A stretch of DNA of 64,000 nt from an uncultured Planctomycetaceae bacterium (GTDB taxonomy: Bacteria > Planctomycetota > Planctomycetia > Isosphaerales > Isosphaeraceae): NCBI GenBank assembly GCA_963833985.1, contig CAWIAD010000002.1, positions 4,576,001-4,640,000 on the forward strand, given 5' to 3'. A model generated the notes under the pieces. That model worked only from the letters and a program-made list of their open reading frames with translations. It was not told the DNA's origin and ran no database searches. Positions 10,463-21,422 of the stretch are shown here, in pieces. How positions within the stretch are numbered: position 1 is the stretch's first letter; each line of letters starts with the position of its first letter. The position numbers and the translations under genes are program-made.

Positions 10463-11575
10463 ATGCCGAGGAACTGGACCCTTCTGGCCGCCCTGGCGCT
10501 GGCCGCATCGATTGCGTACACCGTGCCCGCCCGGGCCGGAGATCCGAGCGCGAGCCTGAAACAAGGCCATCCCGAGATCAGGTCGGCCGGGCCGCTCGGC
10601 TTCGGCCCCGACGGAATTCTTTTCGTGGGTGACACCCGAGGGTCAGCTCTCTACGCCATCGACACCGGCGACCGAGCCGCGGCCGCCCGCAAGCAGGCGC
10701 TGCACGTCAAGGACCTGGCCGCGATGGTGGCCGGCATGCTCGGCACCAGGCCTGACCAGGTCATGATCAACGATCTGGCGATCAATCCCCTCTCCGGCAG
10801 CGCGTATCTCTCCGTGGCGCGCGGCCGGGGCCCTGACGCCGCACCCGTGCTGCTCCGCGTCGCCGGCGACGGCAAGCTGGAGGAAGTGGCCCTGGACAAC
10901 GTCCGCTACGCCCGCGCCGAGATCCCGAATACGCCGGATGCGAAGCAGAACGGTCCATCGCTGCGCAACGAGTCGATCACCGACATCGCCTATGTCGACG
11001 GCCGCGTCTTCATCGCGGGGCTCTCGAACGAGGAGTTCTCCTCGCGGCTGATCGCCATCCCCTTCCCGTTCAGCGAGGGGTTCGACGGCGCGGCCATCGA
11101 GATCTACCACGGCGCCCATGGCCGGTTCGAGACCAAGTCGCCCGTGCGCACCTTCGTACCCTACCGGATTGGCAACGACCCGTACCTGCTGGCCGCCTAC
11201 ACCTGCACGCCGCTGGTGAAGGTGCCGGTCGCCGAGCTGAAGGCTGGCGCCCACGTGAAGGGGACCACCATCGCGGAGCTGGGCAACCGCAATCGCCCGC
11301 TGGATATGATTCCCTACACCCGGGACGGGCGCAACTACCTGCTGCTGGCCAACAGCAGCCGGGGCGTGATGAAGATCCCCACCGAGAACGCGGGCAGCGC
11401 GGCTGGCATCACCCAGCCGGTTCAAGGCACCCGGGGCATCGCTTACGAGACGATCTCCGGCCTCAAGGGCGTGGTGCAGATGGACAAGCTTGACGACAGC
11501 CGCGCCGTGATCCTGACTCAGGACACCGGCGGAGCGCTCGAATCTCGAGACCATCGAGCTGCCGTGATCGATTGA
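10463..11575 (+). CDS. Secreted hypothetical protein (possible beta-propeller)
   Basis: GGAGA RBS; signal peptide MPRNWTLLAALALAAS; FGPDGILFVGD and SITDIAY blade-like motifs. A probable indel near 11540 hides the C-terminus NLETIELP*. Confidence 0.7.
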   Translation: MPRNWTLLAALALAASIAYTVPARAGDPSASLKQGHPEIRSAGPLGFGPDGILFVGDTRGSALYAIDTGDRAAAARKQALHVKDLAAMVAGMLGTRPDQVMINDLAINPLSGSAYLSVARGRGPDAAPVLLRVAGDGKLEEVALDNVRYARAEIPNTPDAKQNGPSLRNESITDIAYVDGRVFIAGLSNEEFSSRLIAIPFPFSEGFDGAAIEIYHGAHGRFETKSPVRTFVPYRIGNDPYLLAAYTCTPLVKVPVAELKAGAHVKGTTIAELGNRNRPLDMIPYTRDGRNYLLLANSSRGVMKIPTENAGSAAGITQPVQGTRGIAYETISGLKGVVQMDKLDDSRAVILTQDTGGALESRDHRAAVID

Positions 11576-11635
11576 TGGGTTGCGGGCGGGACGAACCTCC
11601 GGGAGTCTTCGATCTGGAGACGGGCGGATGCTGCC

Positions 11636-12825
11636 TTGCCGAACCTGCGCGCAGCGGGACTCCCGGTGCTCTTGCTCCTCGCGGCGTTGCCGGCGATCTC
11701 TGGAGCCGACGATCCGCGCCGGCAACCTGAAATCCGCGTGCAGATGGATTGTCCGGCCCGCCTGATCCAGGTCGACGGGCTGGCTTCCTCCGCCCTGGCC
11801 AGGGTGCAAGCGGCTGCCGATGCGGCTCGACTCTGGCCCACGCTCTGCCGCGTCCACGTCGTCTCCGACCCGGCCCGGTTTGATCCCGCGGGCCGGCCCC
11901 TCCAGGGATCGTACCGCGTTGAGGGATCGACGCTCCGTTTCGTCGCGCGGTTTCCGCTGGATCAGCAGCGGTACCGGGTGAGCATCGACGCATCACTCCT
12001 GGAGGGGCACACCTCGCGCCAGGGCGACCTTTCGATCGAGATCAACGTTCCTGAAACCGCCTCGAAAGCCGCTCCGGCGGCCGCCGTGTCCGCAGTCTTC
12101 CCGTCCGCGGAGATTCTCCCGGAGAACCTGCTCCGCTTTTACATCCACTTCTCCGCGCCGATGAGCCGGGGTGAGGCGTACCGCCATCTCCGCCTGGTCG
12201 ATGATTCAGGGCGGCCGGTCGCCGATCCCTTCCTCGAGCTTGACGAGGAGCTCTGGTCGGGCGACAGCCGGAGGTTCACCTTGCTGCTCGATCCGGGGCG
12301 CATCGAGCGCGGGCTGAAACCGAGGGAGGACGTCGGCCCCATCCTGGTTCAGGGCAAGTCGTACGCTCTGATCGTCGACCGCGGCTGGCCCGATGCCACG
12401 GGCCGGCCCCTCGACCAGGACTACCGTTGCGCGTTCCGCGCCGGGCCTGCTGACGAGACATCCCCGATGCCGCGTGCCTGGCAGGTTGTCATGCCGCCGG
12501 CTGGCAGCCGCACGGCGCTGGAAATTGACTTCCATGAGCCGCTCGATAGCGCCCTGGCGCGGCGATTGATCCGGGTCGAGGACAGCCGCGGCCGGGCAGT
12601 CTCCGGTCGTGTGGAGCTGGCCGGCAGTGAATCGCGGTGGCTGTTCCGGCCCGAGCTCCCCTGGCAGGAAGGTGCGCACTCGATCGTCGTCGACGCCGAC
12701 CTGGAAGACGTCGCCGGCAACTCGGTGGCCCGCCCGTTCGAGGTCGATCGCACCGAGCCGATCTCGGGGCGGATCGAGGAGCATGTCGTGCGCATCCCGT
12801 TTTGCCTCGCGGGACCGGTCCGTGA
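11636..12825 (+). CDS. Secreted hypothetical protein with Ig-like domains; 3' end uncertain
   Basis: Signal peptide GLPVLLLLAALPAISGA; LPENLLRFYIHFSAPMSRG, LLLDPGRI and LEDVAGN. The tracked ORF runs on antisense to der, probably because an indel near 12800 removed the stop. Confidence 0.6.
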
Positions 12826-12931
12826 GGCAAAAAGTCGCCGGGGCCGCCGTCACCCCTACGAGGCCAAACCCTCCATGACCCGCAGTCCGATGAGCGGCCC
12901 CTGCTGGCAGGCACGGTGGTCCGCGCGACCT

Positions 12932-14441
12932 TTAGCTGTCCATGTCCGAGAGCAGTTCGTTGACCTCGCGGTCCAGGAAACGCATGTTCTCCGTGCCGTT
13001 GCCGGCGGACGAGCCGGGATAGGCCGCGGTGGAATCCTCGAACTCCTCGACTCCATCGGCCTCGCGGGCGGATTTGTCGCCGCGGCTGCCAGGCTCGGTC
13101 TGCTTGCGGGCACGGAGGTAGAGCTTCACGGGGATATCGCGGAACGGCAGCTTTTCACGGAAGACGTTCAGCAGGTAGCGCTGATAGGTCGGGTCAAAGA
13201 GCCGCGTGCTGTTGACGAACAGAACGACGGTGGGCGGGTTGGTGCCCACCTGTGTGGCGTAATAGACGCGGGGGTTGCGGTTCTCGGCCATGGCCGGCGG
13301 GTGCGCCGTCACGGCCTCGCGGACCACGCGGTTCAGCGACCCGGTGCCCACGCGGCGGTTGGCCTGCTTGTAGAGCGACTGGGACAGGTTCAGCAGAGCC
13401 TTCACGTTCTTGCCGGTCTGCGCGGTGATGAAGGCCAGAGGCATGTAGCTCATGTTGCGGAAGGCATGCTGGACCACGTTGGCGAACCGCGCCATGTTCC
13501 CCTGCGAGGGGTCGTTCTGGTCGGTCAACATCAGGTCCCACTTGTTGATCGTGAAGATGCAGGGCTTGTATTCCTTGGCGATGTAGTCGGCCAGTTGCTT
13601 GTCAAGCCGGGTAATGCCCTGGGTGGGGTCAAGGAACAGGAGCACCACGTCCGCGCGGCGGATCGACCGTTCCGCCCGGTGGATGGAGTAGAAGTCGAGG
13701 CTGTCGCGGATCCTGGCCTTGCGCCGCACACCCGCGGTGTCGATGGCCAGGAACGGCAGGCCGTCAAGCTCGAAGTGCACGTCGACCGAGTCGCGCGTGG
13801 TGCCGGGACGCTCCGAGACGATCATCCGCTCGGCATTCGCCAGGGTGTTGATGAAGGTGGACTTCCCCGTGTTCGGCCGGCCCACCACGGCAATCTTCAT
13901 GACGGCCTCGGCGGGCCTGGGCTCTTCGCCGGCCGGCAGCATCTCGTCGATCAGCTTGAGCAGGGCCTTCCGGTTGCGGTTTTGCTGGCAGGAGACCGGA
14001 ATCGGTTTGCCCCGGCCGAGCTTGTAGAACTCGCCCCCGCGCTCGTCGATCCCCGGATAGTCGGCCTTGTTCATCACCAGAATGACGGGGGTCTTGAGAT
14101 AGCGCAGGCGCTGGGCGACCTCTTCATCCAGCGGCATCAGCTCGTCGCGAATGTCGACGACGAAGAGGATCAGGCTGGCCTCGTTCATGGCCGTATCGAT
14201 CTGCCGGTCGACGTCGTCGCTCAGATCATCGCGGTCGACCATGCCGATGCCGCCGGTATCGATGAGGCTCGAAGAAGCGCGGATTCTGGTCGTCACCCAC
14301 CTGCGCCAGTGCGCCCACCCGGTCGCGAGTGACGCCGGCCTGGTCATCAACGATGGAGATCCTGCGGCCGGCCAGCCAGTTCAGCAGCGACGACTTGCCG
14401 ACGTTGGGCCGGCCCACGATCACGACCTTGGGCAAAGCCAT
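12932..14441 (-). CDS. der: Ribosome biogenesis GTPase Der (EngA), apparent frameshift near 14270
   Basis: Two tandem G domains (GRPNVGKSS / GVTRD / DTGG / NKAD and GRPNTGKST / GTTRD / DTAG / NKWD) followed by a KH-like C-terminus (YYATQV...PPT). Confidence 0.95.
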
Positions 14442-14722
14442 GGCTCAGTCCTCAACATCAGGGGCCATCTTGGGTTGGCGGATCCGGCGGCGGGTGAAAA
14501 ACGGTGCAAGCTTGCAGTCCGGCCCCGGGAGGTGCCGCCGGCAGCGCCGACAGCAAGCCCCAGGAAACAGTCGGAAGCCGATTCAGCCTTACGTCTAGCA
14601 AACTTGTCATATTATACGTTCGGCGGCGAGTTTTGGGCAGACCGCCGGGGTGCATGCCCTCTCAGCAGGCTCAGCCCGGCTGGATGATGGCATCCTGGCC
14701 TGGTCCCCCACGGAATCACGCG

Positions 14723-15244
14723 ATGCAACGATCCGGACAGGGCCGCGACGTCAACGTGCTCGACGGCATTGCCCTGGTGATGGGCTCGGCCATCGCATCG
14801 GTTCACATGCTGCGGGTGATCCGCAGCGGGCTGTCGCCGGCTGGCTGGGTGATGGTGGCCCTGACCTTCTGCTGCGTGGCGCTGACGGCCGCCGGCCCAT
14901 TCATCTTCCTGGCCCGGCGGTACTCGAGCCGGCCGCCCGGGTATCCCAAGGTGGGAGATTCACTCTGGGCCATCCTTGGTCTTCCCTGGGTGATCACCGC
15001 CGTGATCGAGTCGGTGGTGCCAGGCGAAGATCCACGTCACAACCCGCTCTTCGCGACGACCCTCGTCGTCGGGCTGGGGATCTCTTGCCTGGTCGCGCTG
15101 ACCGTCGTCTGGGGTACCTGGGTGATGGTTTCCCCCGAGCAGGCCGCACGGGCGGATTCGGCCCCCTGGACCAACCGCGTGGGCTATCTCCTGTCGATTG
15201 CCTGGCCGGTCCAGTGTGGTCTGGGCCTGGTCGTTCTGAGTTGA
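14723..15244 (+). CDS. Hypothetical integral membrane protein
   Basis: About five hydrophobic segments; start placed at ATG 14723. Confidence 0.65.
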   Translation: MQRSGQGRDVNVLDGIALVMGSAIASVHMLRVIRSGLSPAGWVMVALTFCCVALTAAGPFIFLARRYSSRPPGYPKVGDSLWAILGLPWVITAVIESVVPGEDPRHNPLFATTLVVGLGISCLVALTVVWGTWVMVSPEQAARADSAPWTNRVGYLLSIAWPVQCGLGLVVLS

Positions 15245-15319
15245 GCCGGAGTTCCGGCTGCCCGTTGCGGCCGCGCTGATCGTACAATCTCATGGCCAGG
15301 GAAAGGATCGACCGGTCGG

Positions 15320-15963
15320 GTGGCCCAGCTCATGAACGCAGATTCGCCGCGAATGCCGCAGTTCCGGATCCAGCTTCTGGATGCGGCCGCGATGGTCGTC
15401 GGTTACGGCCTGGCGGCGGTCCTGTTTCGCGCATTCTGGCCGCAGAGCGGCGTGTCTCCGGGCCAGGGGCTCTTCGCCATGGGCTTTTACGCGTGGCTGG
15501 GCCTGGCGATGAGCGGACCGCTCTTGCTCCTGCGCCGCGGTCCTGGGGGACGCCCCGGCGATGCGGAATCGGTCGAGCCAGCGCCGGCCGCGGCCCGGCC
15601 GCGACATCGGCAGGGACGCTGGCACGGAGTGACTCCGCGCATCGGGCAAGCAGCCCCGGCGCGGCACGGGCGTTTCAGCGCGCCACCTGGGCCGAGATCG
15701 CCTGGCTGCTCATCGGGGTTTACTGGATCGTGATGGGCGTCTTCATCCTGCCGGTGCGGCTGCACAGCTTTCGCCTCAGCGACACGCTCCTCTTCGGCCT
15801 CGTGCCGCTCGGTGCGGGACTGGTCTTGCGGCTCTTCGGGCCGCCGGCCGGTTCCCGGGGCGAGGCTGGCGTGCCGTGGACCCACCACGTGGCTGTGGGA
15901 TTGCTCTGGAGCTGGCCACTGGCCTGGATTTGCCTGATCGCCATGGCTGAGGCCATGCTCTGA
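15320..15963 (+). CDS. Hypothetical integral membrane protein, paralogous to the upstream gene; apparent frameshift near 15600-15660
   Basis: N-terminal half lies in ORF 15320..15733 and C-terminal half in ORF 15292..15963. Shares motifs with 14723..15244. Confidence 0.6.
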
Positions 15964-16028
15964 TGTGCCTGCCGCGATGCGGCAGCGGCGCGGGGCGGTT
16001 GGTCCGGAGCCGGGGAACAGTGGGGCGC

Positions 16029-16250
16029 TCAGGCCGCGTTCGACGTGCCCGCGGGGACGACGAGCGTCATGCCGAGCAAGACGATCCGCAGGGCCTCGCG
16101 CTCCTCGGCGGTGATCCGTCCGCCGATGAGCAACTCGTCGATGTCTTCGAGACACTGCTCGATTGCCTCGTCAATACCCGGGTAGTAGGCGTGGCGGGCA
16201 ATTCGCTCGACGGACGTGACCAGGCGATCGAAGTAGCTGGAGCTGTTCAT
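16029..16250 (-). CDS. Small hypothetical helical protein
   Basis: 73-aa ORF with a GAGGAA RBS upstream and a non-shadow amino acid composition. Confidence 0.55.
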   Translation of the reverse strand: MNSSSYFDRLVTSVERIARHAYYPGIDEAIEQCLEDIDELLIGGRITAEEREALRIVLLGMTLVVPAGTSNAA

Positions 16251-16385
16251 CGCGGTTTCCTCGTCCCTGAGAAAAAAGCAGCTCTTCCCTCAATCGCGGA
16301 TGCTACGCGTTTCTGCGCGGATGTCAAGCCACCCCCGCAATTTTGGCCATGCCCGCATGGGCGGACCGGCTCCCTGAGGAGTCGG

Positions 16386-16447
16386 TCGGCCAGTCGCATG
16401 CCGCTTCCCTGAGAGTCTATCGGCCAGTCGCATGCCGCTTCCTTGAG
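16386..16447. repeat. Tandem direct repeat, 34-bp period, two 28-bp copies
   Basis: tcggccagtcgcatgccgcttccctgag (16386-16413) and tcggccagtcgcatgccgcttccttgag (16420-16447), one mismatch. Confidence 0.85.
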
Positions 16448-16618
16448 GACACGGCGCCATGAGAATCAACAATTTGACGGTCTGAGTGAACGGACGGTGC
16501 GTCCGCTGCCTGTACCCGGCAGCAGAAGCGCGGGACACGGCCTGCACGCCAGTCCTGGTGCACCGCGGCGGAGCAACCGCCCGGATTGGCTCCGCCCGGT
16601 CGTTCGGGCCCAGGGCGA

Positions 16619-18507
16619 TCAGCCCCGGGCGGCCTCGTCTTTCTTGGCCTCGTCGGGCGGAATCCAGTCCGGCTTGAGCCCGGCCTGCTGACGCAGCCAG
16701 GCCATCCACTCTTCGTCCTGGCGTTTCGCCGCCTCTTCACGGACCATGCTCTTGTAGCGGAACTCGTCGCTGTTGGCCGCTCCGTACAGGGCGCTGAAGG
16801 TCACCGGTTCGCGGCGATCCAGCGTCATGACGTAATAGGCGGTCTTCGGCTCGTTGGGTGCCACGCTCGGAGTACCGGCCTGGAGACCGAAGTAGGCATC
16901 GCGGAAGCGCTCACCGGCGTAAGGCACCCCGGGGATGGGCGTTTCCAGGGAGGAACCGGGTTCCATCATCGAATTCCCCATGAAGTTCGTTTGCGAGCGC
17001 GTGATGGCCGGGATGTGCAGCACGTGGTAGCGATCCACGGTCGCATCGTTGGCGGCCGCGGGCTTGGCCTTGAGCCGGGCCGCCAGCTCCTCGGCCGCTT
17101 TTTCGGCCAGGGGACGGGCCTTGGCCATCTTCCAGGCAACAATGACCTCGGACCGTACCTGGTCAAGCGGCGGGACGTGGGGCGGATCGTCCTTGACCTT
17201 GCGGACGAGGAAGCGCGTGCCCAGGACGTCGGTCAGCTCGACAGGCTCGTAGAGCCCGGTCTTGGGGTCGAGCATCTCGTCGATGAACTTGCGGCCTCCG
17301 GAGAGCGGGGTGAGGCCGACCTCGGCGGTGGAGATCTGCCCCAGCCGCTCGAGCTCGAGGCGCGAGAGAGCGCCGTCTTCTCGTAATTCATGCTCTCGCG
17401 GTCGGCGACAGCCTTGAGGTCCTGGGGTGTGGGAAGGGCCGTCTTGGCGGCGCTCCCCTGCTTCTTGGCCTCTTCCTGGTCGTCGAGGGCCGAGAGGTAC
17501 TTGTCGGCGAACGGAATCATTTCCGATTCCTTGACCTGCGTGAATTTGTCGACGATCAGGGCCTGGGCCTTCTCCTCGGCGAGCCGGGGCGCCAGCAGCT
17601 CGCGGACGTCGGCGAAGCCCTGCACCACCGGCGGCGTCAGCTCGGGCTGCCCGCCGAAGAGGTCGACGGGGAATTCCGAGGGGACCTCGAACTCGGTCTT
17701 GTGATTCTCGTAATAGGCCCGGAGCTCCGCCTCCGTGGCCTTGTCGCGCAGGCCTCGGACCATGGCGTTGCCATCGACCGAGAGGATCTCGAGCTGGATG
17801 CGCCGGGGCACCTTGAACCCGGGCGTCTCGCGCTGGGGGTCGGGCAGAACATCCTTGTACTGGTCGTACAGGCTTTGAACCTCGCTGGCGGTCGGCTCGG
17901 CGACCCCGGAGAGGAACGACTCCACCGGAAGCTCAACCGCCCTGGCGCTGACGCGTTCATTCTGGTCGCGGAACGTGCGATAAACGTCATAGGGGGTGAC
18001 GATGGGGTAACCGAGCAGCATGCGGACCTTGCGCAGCCGGACCTGGTTGGCGATGTCCGTGAGCAGGTGCTCCTCGCTGACATCGTTGCTGAAGCGGCTG
18101 AAGAGCAGGCTGAACATCTCGCCGTTCATCCGGCCGCCGGTGATCTGCTTCAGCCATTCCCGGCCGATCTCTGGCGTGGCCGGAATGTTCAGACGGTCGG
18201 CCTCGTGCTGGAGGATCGTGGCGTCGACCAGGTCGCGCTGCTTGAGGCCGCCGAAGAGCTCGCGCGGCAGGTACGGGCTGATGCTCGAGACGAATATGTT
18301 GGCGCGGTTGCGCTGCCGCGCCAGCTCGTCGAGCTGGCTGCGGTAGACGGCCTTGCCGTAGAGCTCGGCGACCTTCTGGTCCCGCGCGTTGACGTTCGCG
18401 TTGAGCAGCCGGGGCAAGCTGTCGGAGACGACAAATCCGAACATCGCCATGATGCCACAAACGGCCAGCAAGCTGCGCTGGTGGCGACGAAATATCTCAA
18501 ACGGCAT
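16619..18507 (-). CDS. SurA N-terminal/PpiD-like periplasmic chaperone-type protein; apparent frameshift near 17360
   Basis: MPFEIFRRHQ followed by a TM anchor; repeated E...Y...K..F segments (EVQSLYDQYKD, ELRAYYENHKTEF) and PPLDQVRSEV typical of SurA/PpiD-like proteins. Spans ORFs 17233..18528 and 16619..17275. Confidence 0.6.
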
Positions 18508-18757
18508 GAGCTTCCTCGATGCTAGCAAAACAGGCCGTGGGAGTAGTGGCTACATGCACCCCCCTCTTGACACGCGCCGATACCCTAGCTATGTCGCTAT
18601 TGAGGCAGGATGCGGATTCAAACCTTGGCCGGCCCAGAGTCATCGTACCAGGATTTCTTCCCAGGGCAATCTCATTGGCCGCCAGGCCCGCATTCTCACG
18701 GGTCGAGATGGATCGACCTAACCATTGGAAATGGAAGAGGATAGGCAGGAAGGCACC

Positions 18758-21409
18758 GTGGCAAGAAAGTCGCCAGCAGCATCCAGCGGAGGCAACGGAA
18801 CCCCGGCCAAGGGCGCCCCTCGGAAGCGCTCGACGAAGGGCTCGTCGGCACGCTCGTCCAGCAGCTCGGGATCCAAGACCGCATCGGCCGGGGCGTCCCC
18901 ACGTGGGAGCGGCGGCCATTCTTTGGTGATTGTCGAAAGTCCCAAGAAGGCTCGTTCGATCAACAAGTTCCTGGGCCCGAACTACGTGGTCAAGGCGAGC
19001 ATGGGGCACGTCCGCGACCTTCCCAAGCGGAAGCTGGGCCTGAACGTGAGCGACGGTTACGCCCCGTCGTACGAGATCGTTCCGGCCAAGAAGGAAACCG
19101 TGGGCGACCTGAAGCGGGAAGCCGCGCGGGCCGACCTGGTCTACCTCGCCACCGACCCGGACCGCGAGGGCGAGGCCATCGCCTGGCACCTTCAGCAGGC
19201 GCTCGAGCTAGACGACGAGCGGGTGCGCAGGGTCACCTTCCATGAGATCACCGAGCGGGCCGTCAAGGACGCCTTCGGACACGTCGGCCCGGTCAACATG
19301 GATATGGTCAACGCGCAGCAGGCCCGCCGGTTCCTGGACCGGTTCGTGGGCTACCAGCTCAGCCCCCTGCTCTGGAGCAAGGTGGCCCGGAACCTGAGCG
19401 CGGGACGGGTGCAGTCGGTCGCCGTCCGGCTCATCGTCGACCGCGAACGGGAGATCCGCGCATTCGTCACCGAGGAATTCTGGAAGATCACCGCGACCGT
19501 GAGCCCCGCCGGGGTCACTGCCGAGACCGACCGCTTCCAGGCGGCGCTGGCCGAGCTCGCCGGCGAGAAATTCGCGGCGAGCGCCGAGGAGAACGCCCGC
19601 GCCATCCGCGATGAGCTGGCTTCGGCCTCCTACACCGTGTCGCGAGTTGACGAGGCCGAGAAGCCGCAGAAGGCCGATGCTCCGTTCAAGACCAGCACGC
19701 TCCAGCAGCAGGCGGCCATCCGGCTGAGGTTCTCCAGCAAGAAAACCATGAAGATCGCCCAGGAGCTGTACGAGGGCATCGACGTCGACGGGTCCGGGCC
19801 GGTCGGGCTGATCACCTACATGCGAACCGACAGCCTGCGGGTTTCCGAAGAAGCCATGCAGGCGGTGCGCGACCTGATCGGCAGCCAGTTCGGCGAGAAA
19901 TACCTGCCTTCCAGGCCGATCCGCTACGCGGCCGGCAAGAACGCCCAGGAGGCGCACGAAGCGATCCGCCCCACCGAGCTGAAGTTCGCCCCCGAGACGA
20001 TCAAGGGCCGCCTCAGCCACGACCAGTTCCGGCTCTACCAGCTCATCTACGCGCGGTTCCTGGCCAGCCAGATGGCCCCCGCCGTCTTCACGGTGACCGA
20101 CGTCGCCATCACCGCCGGCCGGGGCCTGTTCAAGGCGCAGGGCAAGGTGATGAAGTTCGACGGCCATCGCAGGGTCTGGCCGCCGGGCGGCAAGATGGAG
20201 GACGAGCTGCTGCCCGCCCTGAGCGTTGGCCAGGTGCTCGACCTGCACGCGCTGGACGCCACCCAGCATTTCACCCAGCCGCCCCCGCGGTACAGCGAGG
20301 CCACGCTCATCAAGGCCCTGGAGAAGGAGAACATCGGCCGGCCCAGCACCTATGCCCCGATCATCCAGACCATCCAGGACAGGCTCTACGTGGAGCAGAA
20401 GGAGCGCCGGTTCCACGCCACCGACCTGGGCATGGTGGTGACCGACCTGCTGGTCAAGCATTTCCCCAAGATCCTTGACCTCAAATTCACGGCCCACATG
20501 GAGGACGAACTCGACGGCATCGCCACGGCCAAGGAAGACATGGTCAAGGTGCTGGACGAGTTCTATTACCCGTTCCAGGACGCCCTCAAGGCGGCCCAGG
20601 AGCAGATGGAGCGGGTGCTCATCCCCACCAGCGAGGTGTGCCACGTCTGCGCCGCGCCCATGGTGCTCAAGTTCGGCAAGACCGGCCAGTTCCTGGGCTG
20701 CTCGAAGTACCCCGACTGCAAGGCAACACGGCCGATCGGCGGCCAGCCCCGCGCCGAGGCCGTACCAAGCACGCACGCCTGCCCGAAGTGCAGCAAGCCG
20801 CTCCTGATCCGCGAAAACAAGCGGGGCGAGAAGTTCCTCTCCTGCTCGGGCTACCCCGAGTGCAAGGAGTCGTTCAATATCGACGAGCACGGCAACCCCG
20901 TGCCATCCCGGGTCGAGACCGAGCACGTATGCGAGAAGTGCGGCAAGCCCATGGCCTTACGGCAAGGAAAGCGCGGCCCGTTCCTGGGCTGCACCGGGTA
21001 TCCCAAGTGCCGCAGCGTGATGCCCGTCGATAGCGAGGGGAAGCCCCTGCCCACCGTGAAGATTGACGTCAAGTGCGAGAAGTGCGGCAAGCCCATGGCG
21101 GTGCGCCAGGGCAGGCGCGGCGCCTTCCTGGGCTGCACCGGGTATCCCAAGTGCCGCGGTACCGCACCGGTGCCCGACGAGCTCAAGGACCAGCTCGCCG
21201 AACTTGCCCCCGCGCCCGCGGCGACGAACGCGCCCGACATGAAAACCATCGAAGTCGCCGAGACCTGCGACGACTGCGGCAGCCCCATGGTCGTCCGCCG
21301 TGGCCGCCGTGGCTACTTCCTTGGCTGCTCCAAGTACCCCAAGTGCAAAGGAACCAAGGAGCCCAGCGAGGCGACGCAGGAGAAGATCAGCGCCGTCATG
21401 GGAGGCTGA
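18758..21409 (+). CDS. topA: DNA topoisomerase I (type IA) with five C-terminal zinc ribbons
   Basis: LVIVESPKKA, ATDPDREGEAI, SAGRVQS, catalytic ITYMRTD, AHEAIRPT and GRPSTYA; five C4 Zn-ribbon repeats. Confidence 0.97.
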   Translation: MARKSPAASSGGNGTPAKGAPRKRSTKGSSARSSSSSGSKTASAGASPRGSGGHSLVIVESPKKARSINKFLGPNYVVKASMGHVRDLPKRKLGLNVSDGYAPSYEIVPAKKETVGDLKREAARADLVYLATDPDREGEAIAWHLQQALELDDERVRRVTFHEITERAVKDAFGHVGPVNMDMVNAQQARRFLDRFVGYQLSPLLWSKVARNLSAGRVQSVAVRLIVDREREIRAFVTEEFWKITATVSPAGVTAETDRFQAALAELAGEKFAASAEENARAIRDELASASYTVSRVDEAEKPQKADAPFKTSTLQQQAAIRLRFSSKKTMKIAQELYEGIDVDGSGPVGLITYMRTDSLRVSEEAMQAVRDLIGSQFGEKYLPSRPIRYAAGKNAQEAHEAIRPTELKFAPETIKGRLSHDQFRLYQLIYARFLASQMAPAVFTVTDVAITAGRGLFKAQGKVMKFDGHRRVWPPGGKMEDELLPALSVGQVLDLHALDATQHFTQPPPRYSEATLIKALEKENIGRPSTYAPIIQTIQDRLYVEQKERRFHATDLGMVVTDLLVKHFPKILDLKFTAHMEDELDGIATAKEDMVKVLDEFYYPFQDALKAAQEQMERVLIPTSEVCHVCAAPMVLKFGKTGQFLGCSKYPDCKATRPIGGQPRAEAVPSTHACPKCSKPLLIRENKRGEKFLSCSGYPECKESFNIDEHGNPVPSRVETEHVCEKCGKPMALRQGKRGPFLGCTGYPKCRSVMPVDSEGKPLPTVKIDVKCEKCGKPMAVRQGRRGAFLGCTGYPKCRGTAPVPDELKDQLAELAPAPAATNAPDMKTIEVAETCDDCGSPMVVRRGRRGYFLGCSKYPKCKGTKEPSEATQEKISAVMGG

Positions 21410-21422
21410 TCCGCGCACCGTC

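Noticed and set aside
12826..14332. 898-aa ORF 11636..14332 as one giant protein
   Set aside because: The distal 500 aa are the antisense shadow of der, and a missing stop near 12800 is the simpler explanation.
12932..14441. der, and likewise alaS and the helicase, as true pseudogenes or programmed frameshifts
   Set aside because: Each has a single indel with otherwise intact motifs and no slippery heptamer noticed. The window-wide indel pattern indicates sequencing error.
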